A stretch of 64,000 bases of DNA from Rhynchobatus australiae (lineage: Eukaryota): NCBI GenBank assembly GCA_034780895.1, contig JAUZTB010000107.1, forward strand, positions 67,104,385 through 67,168,384, written 5' to 3'. The notes under the pieces were generated by a model, which was not told the DNA's origin, did not search any database, and saw only the letters and a program-made list of their open reading frames with translations. How positions within the stretch are numbered: the first letter of the stretch is position 1; each line of letters opens with the position of its first letter. A program made the position numbers and the translations under genes. This document shows, piece after piece, positions 51,284-62,520 of the stretch.

Positions 51284-51460
51284 CTGGACTATGTGGTTGC
51301 CATCTATCACCTTCTCGACGAGGCCCCGCTAAACGCCAACCGCCATCATCATCCTCACCATTCTGTTCATCTCTGCAAACCCGCCAATTCTCACTCTCAG
51401 AGCGAGTAAATTCATGTTTTCTTGTGGATGATGTCCCCATTTCTTCAAAAGTTGGTCTCC
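51284..51460 (-). CDS. GIGYF2: GIGYF2 exon (RPTFEEMGTSSTRKHEFTRSESENWRVCRDEQNGEDDDGGWRLAGPRREGDRWQPHSP); first exon found in the window
   Basis: Acceptor aaatctag|GG, donor CAG|gtgtga, 177 nt, phase 1-1. RKHEF.RSESENWR and GGWRLAG match GIGYF2. Confidence 0.94.
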
Positions 51461-51709
51461 CTAGATTTAAGAAAAATACTTTCTTCAGTCCATTTATATG
51501 TAAAATTGATGGAATTTTATAACTATGTGATCCTCATTATAAAATACAAATTAGCCAGTACTGTGCAATGCCATTGTGTTTTACCCAATATAGAATGGCC
51601 AAAATAAATTAGAATTAATTTCCTTAATACGTTTAATAAAGTGACTCCAGGAAAAGAAATCCTGTAGTTCCAAGAAAGTAATCTACGCGGAGAAGCAAAA
51701 TGTAACCAG

Positions 51710-52520
51710 AAGTTTGCATCAATCTTTATCAAGGAAGATGATTCTAGCAATATCTGTAGAAATGGAAGTGTGGCAAATGATGAGGAAAACAATAGATTGC
51801 AAACAGACAAGTAGACTGCCGAATTGGGCAGACATTTGACAGATGACATTTGATAACGAGAAGTGTGAAGTGATTCATTTTAGCAGAAAGAGGACAAAAT
51901 ATAGATTATATAACATGGTTTTAAAGTAGTGCAATTGCATATGGGCAAAGTCTTTGAAAGTGGCTGGATATGTTAAATGAATAGTTAGTAAGGCACTTCA
52001 TAGCTAGAGCACAGACCACAAAAGATGCAGCTTGGTTAGTTAAACCCAAATGAATATTACATACAACTCTAGTCAGCACACCTTAAGAAGATGTAAAGGG
52101 TCAAGAGGAAGCAGAAGTGGTTTATTAGTACGTTTCAAAGGATGAGGACTTTCAACTACAACTTAATACTGGATAAGGTGGGATTGTTCTCCTTGAAGAG
52201 GCCCAAGTGACACAGATGTACAAGGTCACAAAGGGTTTAGAGTGGTCAAGTAGAACTTCTTCCCATAAAGTGTTAGTTTCAATATCAAGAGAGATAGATT
52301 CAAAGTGATGGGCAAAAGGCACAGATAGAGAAGAAATGAGGAAATTTTTTTAAAATCTTATAAAAGATGGTGGAAAGGGTGTCAATCATAGCATTCAAAA
52401 AAGAACCAGATAGGCACTTGAGGGAAAATAATTTGTAGGTTTATGAAGAAACAGAAGTTTAGAATGGGACCGAATAGATCAATCAACAAGGAGTCTATAT
52501 GGATCAAATCACCTTATTCA
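51710..52520 (+). mobile_element. Old decayed CR1-like LINE 3' region
   Basis: LQTDK.TAELGRH / QMTFDNEKCEVIHF remnants (W.M.FN..KC.V.H motif) and a CR1-like tail. Confidence 0.72.
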
Positions 52521-55500
52521 CTGCCATAACAATTCTAATATTGTAAGCGCATCATGTTTAGAAGGAATGGGTTACATGACTTCGGACCTGAGGCTTCCTC
52601 ACATCAAGTCTGGGCCTGTTAGAGAAATTGACAGGTATATTGCAATGGGAACAATTGAATTATTGTTTCATGTGACTATTAGGATAGTCCAAAGCAACCA
52701 AATGGTATTTTCTCACCTATTTATTCTTGCATTCTAAACAAATACAGTAAGCAGATAATCATTACTAAACTTGTAAAATAANNNNNNNNNNNNNNNNNNN
52801 NNNNNNNNNNNNNNNNNNNNNNATACAGAACACTGATGGATTCTTATGCCCTCAAGTTATAAAATGTACAAGGTATTTTTGAAAATATCAAATTTTAAAT
52901 TTACATTTTTGTCTGTTTTTCCCACCCTCTTTCATTTTCCTCTCTGCACGTTTCAGATTCTAATTTACTTTCTGCACCTTTATGACACAGATTTCAGTTT
53001 TTCCCAGGTTTATTTCAGAATCTTTAAAACTCATTGCTCAAGGGGCAATTGAGTAAGTTGCAATTTCGCCCAAGAAGCAAGGAGGAAATTGTCCATTTCC
53101 TATTCTGCACCATATGCAACACATACAAAAAGCGCTGAAGGAACTCAGCAGGTCAGGCAGCATCTATAGAAGGAAATAAACAGTCAAAGTTTCGTCTCAA
53201 GACCCTTCATCAGGCCTCAAACGTCGTGTTGCTCCAGATTCCAGCATCTGCAGAACCTCTTGTGCCCGCATCATATTCGATCTATATTTTTTTGGGCAAG
53301 GTTTTTCAGCTGATGGTTGAAGGGCCAAGAGTAAATAAGAGCAGAAGCTGTTAGACGCTTACTGCAGCAAACTTGCCCACTGCGTTAATCCGTTCCACTG
53401 TTTAAATGCTGAACAGAATGCCTGTTTTTAGATTTGATGCCACAGGCTAGAACTACAAGAATTCTTACTAATAGTCATTAGGGCTAAAGTACTAGTGTCA
53501 AGAACTTAAATTATCAATGAATGTTTAACTAAAGACAAAAAAATTTTTTTTTTTTTTTAAAACAGTTTTACCAAAAGTTTGTGTAAGGATTCNNNNNNNN
53601 NNNNNNNNNNNNNNNNNNNNNNNNNNNNNNNNNNNNNNNNNNNNNNNNNNNNNNNNNNNNNNNNNNNNNNNNNNNNNNNNNNNNNNNNNNNNNNNNNNNN
53701 NNNNNNNNNNNNNNNNNNNNNNNNNNNNNNNNNNNNNNNNNNNNNNNNNNNNNNNNNNNNNNNNNNNNNNNNNNNNNNNNNNNNNNNNNNNNNNNNNNNN
53801 NNNNNNNNNNNNNNNNNNNNNNNNNNNNNNNNNNNNNNNNNNNNNNNNNNNNNNNNNNNNNNNNNNNNNNNNNNNNNNNNNNNNNNNNNNNNNNNNNNNN
53901 NNNNNNNNNNNNNNNNNNNNNNNNNNNNNNNNNNNNNNNNNNNNNNNNNNNNNNNNNNNNNNNNNNNNNNNNNNNNNNNNNNNNNNNNNNNNNNNNNNNN
54001 NNNNNNNNNNNNNNNNNNNNNNNNNNNNNNNNNNNNNNNNNNNNNNNNNNNNNNNNNNNNNNNNNNNNNNNNNNNNNNNNNNNNNNNNNNNNNNNNNNCC
54101 CCCCCAGCTTCAAATCTTTCTGCACATTATTGTAGATATTGTGCAAAGCTGTGATGAAAGCTAGCTCCTGTTCCAGACCCAAACTGTACCAAAAATTCCA
54201 TCAAACTCCCATCAGGTACCAAAAGTTGGTAGTTGAATTTTTAAAAAACCTCAATTTGTTAATCACACTACACAATGTCTAGCAATAAAATCTTAAATCT
54301 ACCGTGTCCTAAAAAGCACATGAAAGTTACTGCAACAAGTGCAAGCTACAGGCAAAGCTGAACTCTTTCTCAATTAATCAAACTTTTTCCAAAGACTAGA
54401 CGAAGTAGATAACAGTCAAGATGACCAACACTTTTAAGTACTATTTTTGAACCAATACCATGGCATAATGATCGAGTTATTTACATCAAGTTATTACAGA
54501 TTCACCTTACAACAGGAATGAAATTATAGAAAGATGTTTATTTTAACTTATCCAATTAAAGAGTATTACTTAACAAGTTGGTGCAACAATTTGGTAAAGG
54601 CACTGGACTCCAATTATCATGAATCCTGGAAAGACAAAGGAATTTGGAGAGGAAACAGCAAAGGCTTTGATAGCTATAGAACATCCCTGAATAAGGAAAC
54701 TGTGTCAAAGAACTCTAAAACTGGCAATGTTTGAGAAAGGGATAAACTTGGTAACAATTGACTAGGAAACCTAATATCAGTAGCAGGCAAGCTCCAAGGG
54801 GTCATCATGATAAAATGCATTGCCAGACTTTGGAACATGCTCTTTTCCCTCTATGCTTGTAGTAATCAAAATAAAGTTATTTATTACATTGTTGTTTGTG
54901 GAAGTTTACCATGTACAAATAGGATGTCATGGTTCTTACATCAGAATAGGAATTACACCAGAAGTACTGCATTAATGGTGAAAACAATTTGGAATGGCCA
55001 GCGATCATGAAAACCTTGAAAAAAATTGTTTTTCCTTATATTTTAACTTCTGCAAATTTACCAGTGTGCAACTGTCATCATTCCTACCATTCAGTATCTG
55101 ACCTACAAATAGTTATACAGATGCCCACATAACTTGCTACTTACATTATTCTTTTTGTTCCCTTTCCCAGCCATGCACATAATACATCCATTCCAATAAC
55201 TGAACAGAACATTCCAGGTTTCCAATTTCTTTCTAGCTATCAATACTGCTTTACAATGGCAGTCAGGANNNNNNNNNNNNNNNNNNNNNNNNNNNNNNNN
55301 NNNNNNNNNNNNNNNNNNNNNNNNNNNNNNNNNNNNNNNNNNNNNNNNNNNNNNNNNNNNNNNNNNNNNNNNNNNNNNNNNNNNNNNNNNNNNNNNNNNN
55401 NNNNNNNNNNNNNNNNNNNNNNNNNNNNNNNNNNNNNNNNNNNNNNNNNNNNNNNNNNNNNNNNNNNNNNNNNNNNNNNNNNNNNNNNNNNNNNNNNNNN

Positions 55501-55752
55501 NNNNNNNNNNNNNNNNNNNNNNNNNNNNNNNNNNNNNNNNNNNNNNNNNNNNNNNNNNNNNNNNNNNNNNNNNNNNNNNNNNNNNNNNNNNNNNNNNNNN
55601 NNNNNNNNNNNNNNNNNNNNNNNNNNNNNNNNNNNNNNNNNNNNNNNNNNNNNNNNNNNNNNNNNNNNNNNNNNNNNNNNNNNNNNNNNNNNNNNNNNNN
55701 NNNNNNNNNNNNNNTCATATTCCAGATTCCGCATTACTGGCTCTTGTAACTC

Positions 55753-55896
55753 TATAATAAAGATTACCGCATAAGAGTACATGTTGCCTTATCTTTAACA
55801 TCCACTCCCATAGGCATTTTTGCTCAACGATACAACTGCAACCCAAATTTACATTCCGCAAGAAGAATCTGGCAAAATTTCCATCTTCTGGTAAGT
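55753..55896 (+). promoter_or_regulatory. Candidate KCNJ13 TATA-like box and non-coding first exon
   Basis: TATAATAAA at 55753 and a consensus donor CTG|GTAAGT at 55890/55891. The acceptor just before the KCNJ13 ATG implies an upstream UTR exon. A second candidate donor (GCAA|GTAAGT) lies at 56782. Inference only. Confidence 0.3.
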
Positions 55897-57548
55897 CAGC
55901 AATACTATAAAATATTAATTTATTGGCGCTTTACTCATTTATTAATACTGCATTAACTAATAAGACAGTTTCTTTACCCATACATCACTAACCTTAAGAT
56001 GAAATGTTTATAAAAATCAGAATTCAGAAACTAATGCAATTCTAAAAGCAAATTTAAGCAAAAATTCATATCTAAAGATAGTTTAAATTTGTGTACCACA
56101 ATCCAAGTACCATTTTAAAATAATTTTAAAGCAACTTCCAATTACAAGGTGGAAAATGTGTTCAATTTTGAAATTAAATAGTCACCTTTTAACCATATTC
56201 AAAATCTAAGCAAAGTTAATTAACTACATACCAACTTTAAATAGTTATATACTTCACTTAGAGCAAAACTGAGTTTCTTACATAGCATTACACAGGCTGA
56301 CACACACTTTTCAATTAAACACATTTCACCAGGAAAAAACAAAACATCTTAATTATTCTGAACAGCTGAAACTGCACTTTGTGGAGTAAACTGTCAGATA
56401 ATTTTTAGGTGCATCAATAGTTAAAGNNNNNNNNNNTTATAAATAGAATAAACAAAATTATAGGAAAGAATATCTCAAATTAAGTAAAACTGCAGTCCTG
56501 CCATTCTCTTATAGTTTTGTGAAACTGCAGCACATTTAAGATTCATTGTTTGATCAGGGTACTTCAAAGAACAATTGAGTTCTTTAGTGTCAAAAGATTC
56601 AAAGTTAAGCCAAATAGAACCCTATGAATTTTAATAAACATACTACTGGGAAAACTAAACTGTGTGGAAAATCACATAATGTTGCTTGGTTGTTTAAACC
56701 AAACCAATTTTATACAAACTAAAGTGAGAGAAAATGCAGTTCTGAAATCAGCCACTAATCTGCATTTAAACAACAAAGCAAGTAAGTTTGACCACTGTAA
56801 TTTAGTGAACAAAAATCAAGATTAGCAAACTAAAACATGATTAGAAGTCCGGTCTGTTTTCCACAAACTGAAAGTTATGACAGTAAATGAAAAAAGCTTC
56901 ACTAAACAAGAATATTTATTCCTTCCCCACTGGATTAAAATACTCCCATGATGTTTTGTTTCCAAATTAAGTTCTGTCTAANNNNNNNNNNTAGTTCACC
57001 TAATCCTAACATACCATTCATGTCTTGCACTGAATAACTGTTAAATCTCCATGTTTCAAAGTCTGAAGGCTCAGCCAAACTGATGTATGCAAAAAAAGAG
57101 GGAAACTTCACTCGATCTGAACACTCAGCTACAATACTAATGTAGACCATCCCAAACTCCTCAAAATATAGAGCATTAATTTGCAATAAAGTAACTTAAT
57201 TTCTTACTTGAGTAGTGATTATTAACAAAAATTGCAATGAGAATTCCAAGGAGTTTGCAAATCCCTACCCTACAAAATAATCAACATGGAAAACCAAACT
57301 ATCTGCTGATTTAATTAGAAACTGAAAGCAGCATGAGATCTCCCTTCTAGGATGGAGATGCTTGCTTAACAGTAAAGACTAAAGGTTATTCAGTTAAAAG
57401 TTAAATGACTAATCCTGCAAATTGATAGCATACATGAGTAATTGCTAAAGACAAATACAGATAATGTGATGACAATTAAGTCTCCACTAGTTGCTAACAC
57501 TAACATTCTTACAATATGTTCTGCAGCTAACCCAACAGGGAGGAAACC

Positions 57549-58026
57549 ATGGGCATCGTTTTTAACAACAGTGACGAAAAGGACACTTCTCCACTTATAG
57601 GCCCACAGAACAAGAGAATTGTCACAAAGGACGGCCACAGTAATCTCAAGATAGAAGCCCTCCCTGGAAAAAGCATTGAACACCTAAGAGATATCTGGTC
57701 TATCTTGGTGGAAATGAGATGGCGCTGGATGTTACTGACTTTCTCTGGAGCTTTTGTAGCTCACTGGCTCTTCTTTGCCTGCTTTTGGTATTTATTGGCA
57801 TACACACACGGTGATTTAGAAGTATTAGATCATAACAATCCACCAGAAAACCATACCATCTGTGTGAAATATATTGACAGCTTCACCGCAGCTTTCTCAT
57901 TCTCACTGGAAACTCAGCTTACAATTGGCTATGGAACCATGTACCCTGATGGTGACTGCCCAGCTGCCATTGCTCTCCTCGCAGTCCAAATGCTGTTGGG
58001 ACTCATGGTGGAAGCTTTAATTACAG
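57549..58026 (+). CDS. KCNJ13: KCNJ13 / Kir7.1 inward-rectifier K+ channel, first coding exon (N-terminus, M1, pore, M2)
   Basis: Acceptor ttctgcag| (exon starts 57527), strong Kozak accATGg, donor ACAG|gtaatt (phase 1). Motifs [24 protein letters not shown], and [14 protein letters not shown] with the Kir7.1-specific pore Met. Confidence 0.97.
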
Positions 58027-58447
58027 GTAATTACTTCTGAGAAAATACAATTCAAGGAAAGTGCTGCATTGAATTTTATTATATATCAGCATAGTAGATT
58101 TTTGTGGTAGCCTCAGTAACAGAATTTGTCAGCAGCTATCAAAACATTTTAGAGAACTTTGGAGATGTGCATAACACATTAGAGGACATAAAAAAAATTC
58201 TAGCTTTAACCAAACGAAAGGAATCCTGTTACATAGCACCTTAGAAACTCAACCCCTATTGAATAATTTGAAAGTTTTAGCATAGTCACTTCAACTTCGT
58301 GCTGCAGAACAATAAAATGTTTAACCAAGTATGGAGCATAGATTATTGAAGTCATGATTTTAATACACTTTTATGCTAATAAATGCTAACATTGTTCTTC
58401 TAGGAAGTTTTTTTAATAACAGTATGTTTGCTTTTTTTTGAAAACAG

Positions 58448-59061
58448 GTGCCTTTGTGGCAAAGATTGCCAAACCAAAGCTTAGAGCAACTGCAATTAAA
58501 TTCAGTTACTTTGCTACTGTAGCACAACATGAAGGGGAACCATGCCTGATGTTTAGAGTAGCCAACATATGGCAAAGTCCATTAACAAATGTTAAAGTAA
58601 CAGCCACTTTATATAAGGAGTACAACACTCAACACCTTTATCAGACAAACATCGATTTTCGCATTGACCATTTGAATTCTAACAAATGCCCATACCTCAT
58701 CTTTCCAGTTATGTTCTATCACACCATCAGTCAACATAGTCCTCTCTATCCACTGATTCAAGAAAAGATGCCACCCTACTACGAGATAGTAATTTTTTTG
58801 TCAGCAGAACAGGAAGGTACTGGAGAGACTTGCCAGAAGAGAACCTCTTATATTCCTGAAGAAATCAAACTTAACCAACAGTTTGCTCCTGTGATAAGCT
58901 GCACTTTGAAAGGGTACTACAAAATTGATTTGGACAACTTTGACAAGACAATTCCAAGATTTCCTATGCTATTTAATACAAAGGATGCAAAGCAGAATGA
59001 TTTTGTTGTCAACATCAGTGATCGTGCTGATACTATGATATTCCATGATAGTGCTGTCTGA
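58448..59061 (+). CDS. KCNJ13: KCNJ13 / Kir7.1 second coding exon (cytoplasmic domain to stop codon); total 363 aa
   Basis: Acceptor aaacag|GT completes a Gly codon. GAFVAKIA.PK, QEGTGE.CQ.RTSY and NFDKT motifs; TGA at 59059-59061; 478+614=1092 nt. Confidence 0.97.
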
Positions 59062-61879
59062 TTATTAATTCTGATAAAAGCAAGGTCAAATGGAATATTC
59101 AATATCAAATTTCTGCAATTGTTAGAGAAAACTATAACATTTAAGATCTGAAAACTGAATAAGGTTTGAAGATNNNNNNNNNNNNNNNNNNNNNNNNNNN
59201 NNNNNNNNNNNNNNNNNNNNNNNNNNNNNNNNNNNNNNNNNNNNNNNNNNNNNNNNNNNNNNNNNNNNNNNNNNNNNNNNNNNNNNNNNNNNNNNNNNNN
59301 NNNNNNNNNNNNNNNNNNNNNNNNNNNNNNNNNNNNNNNNNNNNNNNNNNNNNNNNNNNNNNNNNNNNNNNNNNNNNNNNNNNNNNNNNNNNNNNNNNNN
59401 NNNNNNNNNNNNNNNNNNNNNNNNNNNNNNNNNNNNNNNNNNNNNNNNNNNNNNNNNNNNNNNNNNNNNNNNNNNNNNNNNNNNNNNNNNNNNNNNNNNN
59501 NNNNNNNNNNNNNNNNNNNNNNNNNNNNNNNNNNNNNNNNNNNNNNNNNNNNNNNNNNNACAAAAATGAGAAGCATAAAAGATCACCAAGGAAGAAAATT
59601 TCAAATAACCTGCTCTGAAATGCAAGACAATATTGATACACAATTTATTTAACACAGTATCACCCAAGTCACTATTTTCAAGACTCCACTGGTCAATGGT
59701 GATTTATTGTGCACACAAGTTGAATCGTGACAAGGGACTCAAGAAACAAAAGAGATAGCTAACAAATCCAGTTTAAAGCAGAGTTCAAACAGGAAATCCA
59801 TTTTAGTGTAGGACATAAATGCTGTCACAAGTAAGGCACAGCTGAAGTATAAAATATGCATTCTTCAATAACATAGTTGAAAGCTGGACCTGAAATAGTC
59901 ATCTTAGTTATAAATGACAACTAATCAGTACATATTTTTTCTCAAGTTATCAGTTTTTGTACAATTGTTTTAATGTTATAGCTAACTTTAAAAAATGCCT
60001 AAAATTGTGAAATATTATTAAGTTTTGTATCTTTAATACACAAGTTTAATTAAATAATGACATTCTAGCAAATAATCATTGTGCAACTTTTCAAATAGAA
60101 AGATTAGCAGAGTATACAACTCTGACACAAAATTGTGATTATACAACTCTTTTGCCTTGAATATTTGAAGTTATATACTTAATAGTCTTTTAACGCCTAA
60201 AATAGAATACAAAGAGCTTAGGTAGTACATATCATCTTTCAACTAGTCATATACTTTAAGTCCCTCTCTATTCCACTTTCTCACTGCATATTTTACTTTG
60301 CATATAACCCAGACTGTTCCTAGTTTCATACTAGCTGACAAGGAATTCAATTCCTCAACACCAATCTTTTCTCTCCAGAAGCATAAAACATTCAAACATG
60401 TCTGTCAATTACAGAAGGAATAGAAGCAAAAAACTGCAGATGCTGGAAATCTGGAATAAAAACAGAAAATGCTATTCTGTATCTCACAGTTCCAACGCTG
60501 TTTTTGTTTCTCTCTTCCTTGATCTCCCTCTATTTACACCTCCTCCAGACAGATTAGCTGTCACTGACAAGCCTTAACAATTCTCTTTCTTGACACCAAT
60601 CTCTGTTATCCATTTTCTTTTGGTCTCTGATACCTGTGGTGCCCCACAACAAAGTGACTGTCCCCTTTCCTTTACATTTGAAGAACTTCCAGGATATCCT
60701 TCCCCTTTACTGCAGTAATGAATCTTAATCAATTTATTGGAAAGCCACCTCTTCTTTAACATCATTCCACGTCACACCTGAATGTTGAGTTACCACTCCT
60801 GCCTTTCTTTTGACCATGTCCTATGATAGCAACAACATCATATTCCCATCTGCCTTACTAGCAAGAATTCTTGCACAAATACATTTTAACCTTATATTCT
60901 GCCCATCTGCCTTACCACATCCACATGTGCTCTATTTTTTGGACTGACTTGGTGTTTTTATAAAAACCTGCAGATACCCCTCACGAACTATACATCTACT
61001 CATGCCCCTGCCAAATTAGCTTAAACCCTCTCCAACAGTGCTAGAAAAAATTGGGACCATTCTGGTTCAAGTGCAGCCCATCCACTTCTAGAGGTCCCAC
61101 ATTCCCCAAAAATGGTCCCAATTATCCAGAAATCTGGAGCATTCCCTCCTGCACCTGCCCTATAAGTCACACATTCATCTGACCTATCCTCCAATTCCTA
61201 CCCACATGGCACATCCTTGGAAGTCCTACTCTTTAATCCTGTACTAAAATTATATTGGAATGAATGCTAACATACCATTTGTTTTCTTAATTGCTTGCTG
61301 TACCCGCACAATAACTTTCAGAGATTAACATACAAGATGCCCAGATTCATCTGAATACTAATATTTTCAGACTCCTGCCTTTTCAAAAATAGTAGCAAAC
61401 AAATAGAAAAGCAAAGTGGATGACTTAACATATTTTATGTAATACAATAAAACGCACTGGTCAAAGAATCGGCCCAGCCACTCACTCAGCACTGCACTCC
61501 CTCGGCCCGGCTGCAACTTGACAGTCCCTGTGTGCCACTGAAATATTAGTTATTGGAGCCAGCTAGTTTTTTAAAAGTGTCTGATAACCATGATTTTGCA
61601 TTATATTCCATCTGCCATGACTTTGCCCATTCACTAAGCATCCCTCTATGTCTCTTTAAAGCCTCTCTGCCTCTTCTCAATAACTCACAGCTCAGTACTA
61701 CCAACAGACCAGATAGCATTGCCAGAAACAAAATGAACTGTGAAGAATCATTGACCCAAAACTCTAATTGTGTTTCTCTCTCCATAGATGCTGCCTGACC
61801 TGCTAAGTATTTCTAGAGTTTTAATTTCAGATTTCCAGCATCTACAGTATTTTGCATTTCCATTACCACAAATATGCCA

Positions 61880-62520
61880 CCGGACACAAAGTTAAAGCCT
61901 GCCATTTAACATCTGCAAAACAGAGGTCCTCTATTAATTTGCCTTCATTGAACAACACCACCTACTGACAATAAAGATCCATGATAAGAACTCTGTAAAT
62001 ATGAACCGCTTCCCATATCTTGGGAGATTCATCAAGGGAAAGTGTTTAAAAATCATGACCTGAAGCAAAGCACAAACCTCTACTCCACAGCAATGCTCCT
62101 TACACTCTTCTGCACTTCTGGGTCATAACCTACATGCAGTAGGCATCTCAAAGCAATGAAGATACAAACAACATTGTCTATGCAGAGTTGTCCAAATCCA
62201 CTGGCAGGATAAGCAGACCAATATCAGCATCTCCTCCCAGGCCAATAATCCCAGCATCAAGGTCCTAATTACATTCAGTTGACTCTAGACCATATGGTTT
62301 GAATGCCCAACACCAGCCTCTTGAAACAGACCTAAAATTCCAAGCTCTATCAGAGGAAACAATTCAAGGATGGTCTCAAAGCCTTCTTGAAAATGTGTAA
62401 CATCCCTCTCAACTTGTGGGAATCCCCTACTATAAAAAGAGGAGCAACATTTGAGATGACATTGAGAGCATTGAGTCCATTGTCAAGAGTACAGGCTAAC
62501 CCAATAGAGACACTGGAGTG
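61880..62520 (+). mobile_element. RTE-clade LINE 3' fragment, decayed
   Basis: Translated remnants FPYLG, QIHWQDKQTNISI.SQAN.PSI, MPNTSLLKQ and QRKQFKDGLKAFLKMCNIP, typical of RTE RT C-termini. Confidence 0.7.

Noticed and set aside
3059-51460. GIGYF2 as a pseudogene
   Set aside because: 15 of 16 exons are cleanly open with matching phases and canonical splice sites; the one frame break has an in-frame alternative acceptor.
55062-55102. 41-nt AG..GT-bounded segment on the minus strand as an alternative GIGYF2 exon
   Set aside because: Length breaks the frame in a phase-1 intron and the translation shows no similarity to GIGYF; expected by chance in AT-rich DNA.
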